DNA from: Candidatus Poribacteria bacterium
GTDB taxonomy: Bacteria; Poribacteria; WGA-4E; PCPOR2b
NCBI GenBank assembly: GCA_965198175.1
Contig: OZ240245.1
Span: 3,424,001-3,488,000, forward strand
Direction: 5' to 3'
Length of the DNA stretch: 64,000 bases
This document shows positions 9,726 to 19,787 of this stretch, in pieces. The first letter of the stretch is position 1; each line of letters opens with the position of its first letter. Position numbers and translations under genes: made by a program. Below the pieces are notes generated by a model that ran no database searches, was not told the origin of the DNA, and was given only the letters and a program-made list of their open reading frames with translations.

Positions 9726-11623
9726 TAAAGAAACCAAGGTTTCAGGATATCAACACCTACGTCAGGTAGCCCGTGATTTTCGAACTCCTTCAAATACCTA
9801 GCAATCAGCTGTGCATAGTAAACGGAGACTGGTAGTGATTTCGCATTGAACCCACGCCAGTTAGCCCCTGATAAGTTTATAGCATCTTGTAGGTGTGCTC
9901 TTTGCTGATCTCGGGTTAGTCCTTCACGGGGATACATGAATTGCACATGCACCGGCCTCCCAATCATCTCGCGTAGGACGGGCCGCTTGTATTGCAGCCC
10001 CTCGAACCAAACAAGGTGTTCATTGCGGGAAAGCGGAATCACAGTGCTTTCGTATGGCACACGAGTGTTGTGATCTACGGCATATCCGAAAAACTTGTTC
10101 CGGTCGTTGAATTTGATGGACACGAATTCTCCGGGCTGTTTCTGTTTTTTCTGCTGCTCCTCAAGTGCGCTGGCGATACTATCGAGTTCGTTGCGCCGGA
10201 TTGAGAAGGTGCTGTGGACCACGAAGCTTGAGAATCGAGAGGAGAATTCTGTAAAGATCTTTCGAAGGTTGGTGGAGAAGTTCTGAATGTAGTCTTCTTC
10301 CTCTTGGGCATCCGCAAGAATCTTGACGTCCTCAAAGACACCACTGGAATCAGTAAGCACAGAATAAGCAAAAAACCTCTCTATGCCCTCGTCAGAAACC
10401 CGGTGAGCCTTCCCAATACCTACGATTAAGCAATGCTCTGTTCGAGGGCGGACCTTCCACGGTGTTCCTCCCAACTTTGCGAAGACCTGAAGTCCAATGC
10501 TTGCAGCAGACCACTTAAGTATGTTTTTGTCTGCTACCGTTTCAGTCGCTACAACCTGGATCGGTAGTTCTTTGGATAGAAAGGCGTGCTTCAGGTTCCA
10601 GTAGGCTTTGTTTTCATCTGGAGCATCATGTTTACTAAAGGGGGTAAGCACTATGGGCACAACATTCCTACCGGCTGCATCTCTTACCACCTTGTCCCGG
10701 ATTTGCTGAATCTCGTCAGCGCCGAAATTCGATAGGGCTGTGCCGTTCACATTCTCTTTTGAAGTGGGCACCTGAAACATTCGTTCCATACCCGGAAACG
10801 TACCGAAGGTGTCGCCGCGCAGGGCTCGGTACAAATCATGTGAAAGAGGACGATCTTCATACCTGTAAAGGAAGTATAAATGAGTGCCTTGCGACTGTTT
10901 GAATGGACCAGATTGCTTGATTCCCATGAACTGTGAACGCGAAACGCTACCCGAGCCGACAATATAGTTTTTCGCGTCCAACATTTCGGGGTTTAGTTTC
11001 AACAGTTTTGGCTCAACTGCCACTTCGTAGCCACCTGGTATGGTGAGCGGAAAAATACGATGATGACACTTTTTAACGTAGGCGGTAAGATGCGAGTAAC
11101 GATCGGCATAGTAGTTCAAATTCCGCTGACTGTGCTTGTCAAGCGATAGGCTGAGTTCTTGCGCACGCCGTGTCCCACGATGCTCTGGAGTGGGATGAAA
11201 ACAGAAGTCGGCGAGCAACCCGAATTTGCCGCGTGTTCGAAGCAGATAGGGTTCTAGTGAGATAACCTGTTTTCCTTCAGGGTATTCAGCCATCAGGATT
11301 TCCAAGGGTTTTCGGAATCCCTCGACAACACTGAATTGATTGGCTTGCAGGTTGTTTTTACAGCTTTGAATAAGGGCATATCTGATAGCATCTATTGTGA
11401 CGCGGACATCATCAAACGGTTTGTACTCTACCTCCGCTCCATTCTCTGGATGTTGGAAAAACGTCCAGTAGAGATCGCGGATACCATTTATCGCAAGATG
11501 CCGATAAACAGCTTCTTCGTCTCCAATTGAAGGACGTTCGCCCTCCACGTAGGGCAAGCGATAGAACTTGATTGTAAACTCATCTGTGGCAAGTGGAAAG
11601 AAATTAAGGGCAATTCCGGCCAT
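9725..11623 (-). CDS. ago: Prokaryotic Argonaute, long-B-like, catalytically inactive PIWI
   Basis: N-terminal LNFF; MID pocket Y-x3-K...Q...K (YWNLK...PIQVV...FAKLGGTPW); PIWI tail NLSGANWRGFNAKSLPVSVYYA; catalytic Asp positions replaced (VGIG, VVHS). Confidence 0.88.
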   Translation of the reverse strand: MAGIALNFFPLATDEFTIKFYRLPYVEGERPSIGDEEAVYRHLAINGIRDLYWTFFQHPENGAEVEYKPFDDVRVTIDAIRYALIQSCKNNLQANQFSVVEGFRKPLEILMAEYPEGKQVISLEPYLLRTRGKFGLLADFCFHPTPEHRGTRRAQELSLSLDKHSQRNLNYYADRYSHLTAYVKKCHHRIFPLTIPGGYEVAVEPKLLKLNPEMLDAKNYIVGSGSVSRSQFMGIKQSGPFKQSQGTHLYFLYRYEDRPLSHDLYRALRGDTFGTFPGMERMFQVPTSKENVNGTALSNFGADEIQQIRDKVVRDAAGRNVVPIVLTPFSKHDAPDENKAYWNLKHAFLSKELPIQVVATETVADKNILKWSAASIGLQVFAKLGGTPWKVRPRTEHCLIVGIGKAHRVSDEGIERFFAYSVLTDSSGVFEDVKILADAQEEEDYIQNFSTNLRKIFTEFSSRFSSFVVHSTFSIRRNELDSIASALEEQQKKQKQPGEFVSIKFNDRNKFFGYAVDHNTRVPYESTVIPLSRNEHLVWFEGLQYKRPVLREMIGRPVHVQFMYPREGLTRDQQRAHLQDAINLSGANWRGFNAKSLPVSVYYAQLIARYLKEFENHGLPDVGVDILKPWFL

Positions 11624-11748
11624 CTTGTATTCCTAGGCGCTCTTCTAGTTTTGGTCAGTAATTTCTGAATGAGTTAGAGCGAAGTTTTTCAGTCATTTCA
11701 AATCCTTTAATTCTATCGGTTTCTTCAAAAGGCGTGCGGAAGGCAAGT

Positions 11749-13110
11749 TTAGTTTCTGATGAAGAGTCCAATCGAAACCGTGGTGACGGAAATGAAACTC
11801 AAAACCAGCGACCAGTTTATTTGAAACCCCTTGTGAACTCGCAAGGAATCGCCTGGATGCAGTAATATCTCGGTTTCCGCTGTCTGTTCTTTGTGTTCCT
11901 TGAGGTTGATTTCTTGGACGCCTCCATCTTTTCGAATGATTTCTACCTTTCCGAGATTCGCCTCTGCCTCTTCGCCGCCAGCGTGTGCAATCGCTTGCGC
12001 CGGTGTAATTGGATCGCGAATCTTGTACGCACCGGGATTGCGAACATAGCCGAGCACGTAGATGGTTTCGACCTCATAAGCGTTGGGGATATACAGTATA
12101 TCTCCATCGTACAGATAGTGCTCCGTTTCTCCGTCTTTCTTCCAAAATTGATGGGGAATGCTGACTTCGATCCGTTCGCCATCGGCTCTCGTGATTACCA
12201 ATTCGGAAAGGTCGGCTCTATCATCTGCGCCTCCCGCCCGCGCGATGGCATCACCAACTCGAATCCGATCGTGAATCGGAATTCTGCCCGGGTTGTTGAC
12301 TTGTCCCTGCACTTCCACGACGCCGAGCGGAGAGACATACAGTGTATCGCCATCTTTCAGAAGGTACTTATCCTCCGCTTCCTCGGCTTCCCGCCAAAAC
12401 GGTTTAGAGAAGTTCACTTCGATTGGCTCGCTGCCGCGTCTGACAATAACCAATTTAGACAGATCCGCCCTATCATCAGGCCCACCCGCACGCGCAAGTG
12501 CATCACCAATTCGGATTTCGTCCTGAATCAGGATTCTCCCCGGCTTATTGACCTGCCCCTGCACATCGATGACACCTAGCACCATCACACGCACCAGATC
12601 TCCTCCGCTGACAAGGACATGTTCATAATCCTCGCCCGGCGATCGGTTGTATACCTCGACGGTCCCATTCAGGCGATAAATTTGGATGCGGGTGAGGTCA
12701 GCTTTAGCATCAGTACCGGCCGCCATTGCAATGGCGTGGTCCAACCCGATTTCATCCTGTAGCCGAAGTGGGTAACGGTTTGGCGCGTTGACAGCGCCGC
12801 CGACAAAAATCTCGTTTTCTCCAGGCAGCGGTGATACCATGATAATTGGATTCGCGAGCTGCTTCTGCTGACGCAGGTGTTCCCGGACTTGTAGATTCAC
12901 CTCCTCTGGTGTCTTGCCGGCAACTGACAGATCTCCGCCAAAGTAGCTAATGTTCCCATCTGCCCTGACCTTTACTGACTGCTTGTAATCACCTTGACCG
13001 ATGACAACAATCAGGAGCGTATCTCCCGGCTCGATTCGATAGTCCGCAATGGACGTGAGATTCACACCAAAAAGAAGGCATATAACGAAAATGAAGCGTA
13101 AGTATATCAT
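11749..13110 (-). CDS. Polysaccharide export protein (Wza-like), Poly_export plus several SLBB repeats
   Basis: DYRIEPGD...VRADGNIS; repeated V-G-V--PG...A-AGG units; C-terminal hydrophobic helix. Confidence 0.85.
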   Translation of the reverse strand: MIYLRFIFVICLLFGVNLTSIADYRIEPGDTLLIVVIGQGDYKQSVKVRADGNISYFGGDLSVAGKTPEEVNLQVREHLRQQKQLANPIIMVSPLPGENEIFVGGAVNAPNRYPLRLQDEIGLDHAIAMAAGTDAKADLTRIQIYRLNGTVEVYNRSPGEDYEHVLVSGGDLVRVMVLGVIDVQGQVNKPGRILIQDEIRIGDALARAGGPDDRADLSKLVIVRRGSEPIEVNFSKPFWREAEEAEDKYLLKDGDTLYVSPLGVVEVQGQVNNPGRIPIHDRIRVGDAIARAGGADDRADLSELVITRADGERIEVSIPHQFWKKDGETEHYLYDGDILYIPNAYEVETIYVLGYVRNPGAYKIRDPITPAQAIAHAGGEEAEANLGKVEIIRKDGGVQEINLKEHKEQTAETEILLHPGDSLRVHKGFQINWSLVLSFISVTTVSIGLFIRN

Positions 13111-13143
13111 TAAAAGTAAACCCTCCACATCGACTCATACGGC

Positions 13144-13509
13144 TCAGAGGTCAGATTCGTGATTTTCAACGCTGTCTTCCGACAAAGAGGCGATGTACGC
13201 ACTGACAAGCTCCTCCGCACTTTCTAATTCGTCACGACGAACAAGAATATCGCCCCAATAAGGCTTTGGGCTTAGTCCGCCATGTGCAACGACTTCATGT
13301 GACCGCAACATGACATCGAAACCAGCCGACTCTAAAACGCTCTTGATGATGTTTCCAACCACTTCATTGGGGACCTGGTGGACAATCTCCCAATTGATGT
13401 ATTCGACAGTCTCCTCGGTTGGACGTTCCGGGACAAGCGCAACTCGGCAATCCGCACAAATCAAAATATGTTCAGTGTATTCAGCGTTGCACTGTGGGCA
13501 GAACGGCAT
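13144..13509 (-). CDS. Zinc-ribbon plus DUF2007-like protein
   Basis: CPQC...CADC followed by IIKSVLESAG...ILV. Confidence 0.7.
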   Translation of the reverse strand: MPFCPQCNAEYTEHILICADCRVALVPERPTEETVEYINWEIVHQVPNEVVGNIIKSVLESAGFDVMLRSHEVVAHGGLSPKPYWGDILVRRDELESAEELVSAYIASLSEDSVENHESDL

Positions 13510-13555
13510 CCTAATAAACTCCTTTAGGACTTACGCAGTTGAACATCCAAAGGTT

Positions 13556-13700
13556 CGTAGTAGGGATCAACTGAGCGAATAGCGAAGGCGATAGAGTTCC
13601 CTCTTCATTGCCCGTCTCTACACAAAACAGCGTGTCTGGCGACGTACAAGGAAGTGACCGACCCGCCGACGCGCAATGAATTGCGCTACTACAAACCGAA
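13556..13700. repeat. REP-like repeats (GGGATCAACTGAGCGAATAGCGA family and GCGCAATGAATTGCGC palindrome)
   Basis: The first motif recurs inverted at about 32415-32433 and 41542-41565. Confidence 0.6.
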
Positions 13701-13761
13701 CTGCGAAAGTCCTCTCCTTGTAAACTCGATTCTTATGGCTGATGCTGGGGGGTTTCGCGGT

Positions 13762-16473
13762 TTATCCCGGTGCCATCAGATTTCTCAAGACGTAGTTGAG
13801 TATTCCGCCGTGTCGGTAATATTCGACTTCGACTGGGGTATCTATCCGAACCAGCAACTCTGTCTTTCGTTTCGCGCCCGCTTCATCAATATACTCCATG
13901 TTGACGGTTTGCCTGGGTTCGAGATTGGCTTCAACACCGGTGATATTGATGATTTCACTGCCATCCAAGTTCAGCGACTGGATGTTATCGCCGCTCTGAA
14001 ACTGTAACGGCAAGACTCCCATGCCAATCAGGTTGCTCCGATGAATCCTTTCAAAGCTCTCAGCGACAACCGCCTTGACGCCTAACAACCTAGCGCCCTT
14101 CGCAGCCCAATCCCGAGAACTGCCGGAGCCGTATTCTGCGCCGGCAAACACGACAAGCGGTATCCCATCCTCGGCATAATACTGCGCCGCCTCATAGATT
14201 GTAGTTTGTTCTCTTGACGGATATTTGAGCGTATAGCCACCTTCGACGCCGGGCAACATCAGGTTCTTGACGCGGTTGTTTGCAAACGTTCCGCGCGTCA
14301 TCACCCGATCATTTCCGCGTCTTGAACCGTAGGTGTTGAAGCCTTTAAACGGGACGTTCCGCCCGATTAGATAATTCCCAGCCGGGCTATCAACGCCAAT
14401 CGCACCAGCCGGAGAGATGTGATCGGTCGTCACCGAATCGCCAAGCAGGGCGAGGATGCGCGCTCCGCTAATATCTGTGATCAGATCGGGCTCCAATTTG
14501 AAATTCTCAAAGAACGGCGGTTTCTGAATATAGGTGCTTGCCTCACGCCAGCGATAAATCCCGCCTTTGGGCGGTACTAATCTGTCCCAATCGGGGCTTT
14601 GGGAGTCAATCTGCGCGTAGAGGCGTCTGAATGTCGCCGCATCTACCGATTGACTCATGAGCGCCGTAATCTCGCGGCTTGTGGGCCAGACATCGGCGAG
14701 ATAGACAGCCTCCTTCGCATCGGTATACCCTAAAGGCTCGCTGGTAAGGTCAATGTCAATCGTTCCAGCCAGTGCGAGAGCGACAACAAGCGGCGGTGAC
14801 ATCAGAAAGTTGGCTTTGACATCTCGGTGCACCCGCGCTTCAAAATTCCGATTGCCGCTGAGTACACTCGCCGTAACCAAGTTCTCCTCGTCAATTGCGC
14901 GTTGAACCCGCTCATCCAACGGACCGCTGTTACCGATGCAAGTGGTGCAGCCGTATCCCACGAGACCGAACCCCAACTTTTCAAGATAGCGCAGCAACCC
15001 GGTTTGGTTCAGATACTCCGTGACAACCCGTGAACCGGGGGCGAGGCTGGTTTTGACGTAATCGGGTACGCGGAGACCGCGCTCGACGGCTTTCTTCGCC
15101 AGTAAACCCGCGCCAATCATCACGGACGGATTGCTGGTATTGGTACAACTCGTGATGGCGGCGATGACGACAGTGCCGTGCGTAATCTCCCCCGTTTCGT
15201 TGCGATCGCCCTGACGCTGAGGGACATCCGATTCAGAAAGTCCATAACCGCCATCCGTAATCGGTCGGGTCAAGAGACCGGAGAAGGTCTCCTTGACTTT
15301 CGAGATTACAATGCGATCCTGCGGTCGCTTAGGACCTGAGATACTTGGCTCAATCTCGTCGAGATTGATGGTTAATACGGATGAATATTCTATATCCCCG
15401 TCTTTGGGGATACCGAACAACCCCTGTCTTTTGAGATACTCCTCTACCAGTTCAACGTGTGTTTCATCTCTGCCGGTTTGCTGGAGGTAACGCATCGCTT
15501 CAGCGTCAGGCGGGAAGAAGCCGATAGTGGCGCCATATTCGGGACACATGTTTGAGATGGTCGCACGATCCGGCAGGGAGAGGGTTTCTACGCCTTCACC
15601 GAAAAATTCGACAAACTTACCGACAACCTTCGTCTCCCGTAAACTCTGCGTGACCGTTAAGACGAGATCCGTCGCCGTGACGCCTTCATTGAGCGATCCT
15701 TTCATGTTGACCCCGACCACCTCCGGCGTCAAGATGTAAACCGGCTGACCCAACATGGCGGCTTCAGCTTCGATACCGCCGACACCCCAACCGACAATAC
15801 CCAGCCCGTTGATCATCGTCGTGTGAGAATCGGTTCCCACCAATGTGTCGGGGTAAGCGACGCCACCGCCGTTGACGGCGCTATTGACGACGAGCCGCGC
15901 CAGATATTCCAGATTCACCTGATGAACAATGCCGATTGATGGCGGAATAATCTTGAAACTGTCGAATGCCTCTTGCCCCCATTTGAGAAATTCGTACCGC
16001 TCTTTGTTGCGTTCAAACTCCATTCTAGTATTGATTTGCAGGGCGTTTTCAGAGCGGTAAGCATCCACCTGAACGGAATGATCTATCACCAGATCCACCG
16101 GGATGACCGGTTCGATAATTTGCGGATCGCCGTTGAGTTCATCGACTGCCGATCGCATCGCCGCGAGATCGACGAGGAGCGGCACACCCGTGAAATCCTG
16201 AGCAATCACGCGTGCGGGCTTAAAGGGGATTTCGACAGATTTAGGTTGCTTCGCGTTCCAATTCGCCAGATCCGTGATATCCTGTTCCGTAATCTGCTGA
16301 TTATCGTAATTCCTCAGCAGCGATTCAAGCACAATCCGTACACCTACGGGCAACTGAGAAACAGGACCAATTCCCTGTTCCTCTAACGCTGAAATTGAAT
16401 AGTAGTATAATTGCTTGCCGCCGCATTCAAATGACCGAAGCGTGTTCCATAGATTGTGCATAGATTTAGACAT
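13762..16473 (-). CDS. acnA: Aconitate hydratase A
   Basis: [50 protein letters not shown]; start 16473 has AGGAG RBS. Confidence 0.97.
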   Translation of the reverse strand: MSKSMHNLWNTLRSFECGGKQLYYYSISALEEQGIGPVSQLPVGVRIVLESLLRNYDNQQITEQDITDLANWNAKQPKSVEIPFKPARVIAQDFTGVPLLVDLAAMRSAVDELNGDPQIIEPVIPVDLVIDHSVQVDAYRSENALQINTRMEFERNKERYEFLKWGQEAFDSFKIIPPSIGIVHQVNLEYLARLVVNSAVNGGGVAYPDTLVGTDSHTTMINGLGIVGWGVGGIEAEAAMLGQPVYILTPEVVGVNMKGSLNEGVTATDLVLTVTQSLRETKVVGKFVEFFGEGVETLSLPDRATISNMCPEYGATIGFFPPDAEAMRYLQQTGRDETHVELVEEYLKRQGLFGIPKDGDIEYSSVLTINLDEIEPSISGPKRPQDRIVISKVKETFSGLLTRPITDGGYGLSESDVPQRQGDRNETGEITHGTVVIAAITSCTNTSNPSVMIGAGLLAKKAVERGLRVPDYVKTSLAPGSRVVTEYLNQTGLLRYLEKLGFGLVGYGCTTCIGNSGPLDERVQRAIDEENLVTASVLSGNRNFEARVHRDVKANFLMSPPLVVALALAGTIDIDLTSEPLGYTDAKEAVYLADVWPTSREITALMSQSVDAATFRRLYAQIDSQSPDWDRLVPPKGGIYRWREASTYIQKPPFFENFKLEPDLITDISGARILALLGDSVTTDHISPAGAIGVDSPAGNYLIGRNVPFKGFNTYGSRRGNDRVMTRGTFANNRVKNLMLPGVEGGYTLKYPSREQTTIYEAAQYYAEDGIPLVVFAGAEYGSGSSRDWAAKGARLLGVKAVVAESFERIHRSNLIGMGVLPLQFQSGDNIQSLNLDGSEIINITGVEANLEPRQTVNMEYIDEAGAKRKTELLVRIDTPVEVEYYRHGGILNYVLRNLMAPG

Positions 16474-16711
16474 GTTGTCACTCCTACTGATAACTAAATT
16501 GATTTTGGGTATACCGTAGCGCTGCGTCAACCTCTCCTTCCACACCTTCTACCCTTACTAAGGAGACACTGCACAGCTCATCTCCCATGGTAAGGGGACA
16601 CCATCCAACTTATCCCCCTTGATAAGGGGGAGCTAGTGGGGGTCTATTGATATAGTAGCACAGCGCAGGTTAAATCTCAAAAGAATTTCGTCCGTGAAAG
16701 GGTATCGTGCA

Positions 16712-16745
16712 AAGAAACCGAGTTTTCAAGAAAAAACTCGGTTTC
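16712..16745. repeat. Palindromic REP-like element GAAACCGAG...CTCGGTTTC
   Basis: Inverted repeat; second copy at about 36733-36766. Confidence 0.65.
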
Positions 16746-17010
16746 AAGTGGTTACCTATTGCCTCCTACTAACTTGCTGCTCCTGAATCACGTTCTGCTC
16801 CGCTGGAGCAGAACGCTAAAGATTTTACGGATACTATAAACATCGCGATCCGCTGGAACGCAAGAGCGAAGCGTTACGGGTGTCTGTATTCTACTTGACT
16901 AATACAGTCAGTGCGAAAAACTCGATTTCCCCTGATTGCTCTGCACTCTCTTTTGACGTGAGCCAACAATCTCAACCCCAGCTATCTGAATATCGCCTCG
17001 AAATATGCCC

Positions 17011-17039
17011 TTGACATCCCGTTCGCGACCGTGTATAAG
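17011..17039 (+). promoter_or_regulatory. Sigma-70-type promoter for the DNase I-like gene
   Basis: TTGACA-N17-TATAAG. Confidence 0.6.
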
Positions 17040-17137
17040 ATATACCATCGGCGGTACTCACTCTCACCACGGGAAGGCAACATCACTTGCTCTCATTTCG
17101 CAATATTATATCATATAGTTAAGGTAAAAATATAGCC

Positions 17138-18010
17138 ATGTTAAGGTATATCCGATTCGGCTCGGTGTTGATGTTGTTTCTTTCCGCGATGATGGCAGCG
17201 TTGAGTTCGGGCTGTGATTCTCCGGTCGAGAAGCGTACGGTCGATATCGCGGCGTGGAACGTCCGCTTGTTCAGCGATAAAAGCCGGGATCCCACGGAGG
17301 TGAAGCGTATTGCAGACGTGCTAATCGACTATGATGTCGTGGCGATGGTGGAGTTGCGCGATGAACAGGTGCTAAAGCGCACGGTGAGCCAGTTGGAGGC
17401 GATGGGGCGGCGGTACGAATATCTAATCAGCCCTCCGGTAGGGCGTCACATGAAAGAACGGTTCGGATTCCTATATGATCCGCGTTTCGTTGCCGTCGTG
17501 GCGCCGGGGCAGGTGTATGACGATAGTGCGGACAGCAAGGATGACTTTATCCGTGATCCGTACTTCGCCACTTTTCGCGCAGGCAGTTTCGATTTCACGG
17601 CGATTGTAGTGCGCGTGATTTGGGGGAAGATGGAGGCGAGACGGCGGGAGATTCAAAAACTCGCGGACCTATACCTGCACATCCAACATGCGGATGCGAA
17701 CGAAAACGATGTAATCCTTCTCGGAGACTTTAATCGCAACCCCGACGACGGGCGGGCTTTTGCGCCGCTTGAGTCGATCCCCTCAATGATTACCCTGTTC
17801 GACCTACCACTAACATCTCATATCGAAGACACCAGCCTATACGACAACATCTTTTTCCAGAGTGGACATACTGCCGAATACACAGGGGAGTGCGGGATCG
17901 ATAAGTTTGATGAAACGGATTGGGCGAATAAAGATCGGGCTGCATCACAAGCAGTGAGTGACCGTCGCCCTGTGTGGGCGCGGTTCTGGATGCATCTCGA
18001 CGATGACTAG
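17138..18010 (+). CDS. Exported DNase I-like (EEP superfamily) lipoprotein, catalytic His residues replaced
   Basis: AAWNV, MVELR, RDPY, LGDFN, YDNIF, SDRRPV; lipobox-like SSGC. Confidence 0.85.
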   Translation: MLRYIRFGSVLMLFLSAMMAALSSGCDSPVEKRTVDIAAWNVRLFSDKSRDPTEVKRIADVLIDYDVVAMVELRDEQVLKRTVSQLEAMGRRYEYLISPPVGRHMKERFGFLYDPRFVAVVAPGQVYDDSADSKDDFIRDPYFATFRAGSFDFTAIVVRVIWGKMEARRREIQKLADLYLHIQHADANENDVILLGDFNRNPDDGRAFAPLESIPSMITLFDLPLTSHIEDTSLYDNIFFQSGHTAEYTGECGIDKFDETDWANKDRAASQAVSDRRPVWARFWMHLDDD

Positions 18011-18106
18011 CTTTTTCGCCGATTCAAGGGTCGCCTTACAATCTAGGGAATCATCATCGCAGGCAGATCAGCCATTTACTGAATTGACTCCAACAAGCCC
18101 TATCCC

Positions 18107-18913
18107 TTAATCTAATCCGTTCAGTACCGGACGGTCTAGCCGTGTATGATATGGCGGCTCCATCACCGTTCGCTGCCGCTCATTTGCCCAGTCCGGAATG
18201 GGATAAGCGGGAACATACGCCATGTTTCCGGCAGTGTAGCGCGTCAATATCGACCGACGCGGGCGATCCGACGTCCATGGCAGCGACCCGTGCGTCACCG
18301 CCTCCGTGAAGATAACGACATCGCCGGCTTTGCAGACAATCTGCCGTATATGTTCCTGATAATTCAGATAACACCGCATTTCTTCAGGGCATGGAAAATT
18401 GCTTTTGTGGCTGCCGGGGATGACAATCAACCCACCGTCTCCGGGATTTACATCCATGAGTTGAAATGCCACGACCGTGAGTCCGCAATGCATCTGACCG
18501 TTACGAAAGATGTAGTATTGGTTAGGATCGAATCCGGGACCTGAGGATCCGTGGAACAAGAACCCCTCCGCCCCTTTCTCCATAGACAACAGAAACATAG
18601 GATGATCCATCCGGAAACCGCTGCCGAGGGTTTGGTGGAGATACGGGACAATTCGTGGATGCGCCAGCATGTCTCGGAAGGGGTTACACCACGGTTCTTC
18701 CCAATCGAGCATATTGCCCAGCTCCCCGCGTCCCTGCTCACCTCTGAGCGCAGGAGAGCCACCATCCAAGGCTTCCTCCCGCGGTCGAACGCGACCCTGA
18801 TGCAAATGGCGGTCAATGGCTTCGTTGGCGAAGTCAACCTCATCGAGTGTGAGCACGTTCTTTATGATAAGGTAACCGTTCAAATCAAACAGATATTTTT
18901 CGGCGTCGTTCAT
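18107..18913 (-). CDS. Phytanoyl-CoA dioxygenase (PhyH) family Fe/2OG enzyme
   Basis: FDLNGYL, GGLIVIPGSHK, AGDVVIF...HGS...R. Confidence 0.88.
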   Translation of the reverse strand: MNDAEKYLFDLNGYLIIKNVLTLDEVDFANEAIDRHLHQGRVRPREEALDGGSPALRGEQGRGELGNMLDWEEPWCNPFRDMLAHPRIVPYLHQTLGSGFRMDHPMFLLSMEKGAEGFLFHGSSGPGFDPNQYYIFRNGQMHCGLTVVAFQLMDVNPGDGGLIVIPGSHKSNFPCPEEMRCYLNYQEHIRQIVCKAGDVVIFTEAVTHGSLPWTSDRPRRSILTRYTAGNMAYVPAYPIPDWANERQRTVMEPPYHTRLDRPVLNGLD

Positions 18914-18934
18914 GGGTTAATGCTCTCTTTTATT

Positions 18935-19250
18935 AAGTTCTCCCCTTTTAAGGAAGGGAGCAGCGCAAACCGGCGCACCACAGGTCACACCCGTGATAAG
19001 GGGTGAGCCGGGGGATGGCATTCCAATTAAACCTGCCCTAGCCCCTCCTTAGTAAGGAGGGGAACAGCACCCTATTCTCCCCCTTTACAAGGGGGAGCGA
19101 GAGGGGGTAATTAATCCACCAATCTAACCTCCCCTAACCCCTCCTTGGTAAGGAGGGGAATGAACCTTTTCCTCCACGCTCATTTAACCTGTGTCTGCAA
19201 GCCCATCTTAATTCTCCTCCTTTTTCAAGGGGGAGCTAGCGGGGGTACAT
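18935..19250. repeat. Cluster of A/B hairpin-plus-mirror repeats
   Basis: A (CCTCCCCTAACCCCTCCTT-NNN-AAGGAGGGG) near 19030 and 19126; B (CTCCCCCTT-TAC-AAGGGGGAGCGAGAGGGGG) near 19078 and 19214. Confidence 0.85.
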
Positions 19251-19281
19251 TTGTAAGAACGTACTCCGCAGCGTTTTGGAT

Positions 19282-19719
19282 TCAATCGTTATTCGCACCC
19301 GCATTAACCCAGTCAATAATCAGTTGAATCTGAGCGCTTTTCAGCCGAGGTCCTCCGAGGGGCATTTTGCCTTCAACAATTTCCTCGACGAGTTCGCTCT
19401 CACCCGCATTCCCCGCGATAACGATTGCGCCATCTTCCCCTCCGTTCTCAACGGATTCGTAGGTCCTGAGATCGATACTCCGTGGTCCCCCAGCGACATG
19501 GCACCCCGACAACGCGCATCGACTCGTGAGGATTGGCAGAATATCGTTCTCAAAAGCGGGGACGGGTCTGCCAGCTTCCGCCGGATTGTCGTACATCAAC
19601 CCCATTTCATCAGTGGGACCGACTAGATCTACGGGACCATCATCACTATCGCCACATCCCCAAATACAAACCGTCAAGCACACAAGCAGGAAGACCATTT
19701 CTATCTTGATTGCATTCAT
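19282..19719 (-). CDS. Lipoprotein with planctomycete-type cytochrome c domain
   Basis: Lipobox IWGC; F--DILPIL--RCALSGCH...GKMP...I--WV--GA. Confidence 0.75.
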   Translation of the reverse strand: MNAIKIEMVFLLVCLTVCIWGCGDSDDGPVDLVGPTDEMGLMYDNPAEAGRPVPAFENDILPILTSRCALSGCHVAGGPRSIDLRTYESVENGGEDGAIVIAGNAGESELVEEIVEGKMPLGGPRLKSAQIQLIIDWVNAGANND

Positions 19720-19787
19720 ATAAAAATATCCTCTCTTTGTTGGATTAGTGAAGTGACCCCATTTCACTGGGCACGAAATTTTGAATG

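Noticed and set aside
8625..11623. SPARSA (short pAgo with SIR2-APAZ)
   Set aside because: The Ago has a long N-terminal region and lies upstream; the SIR2 protein ends soon after the sirtuin domain with no APAZ.
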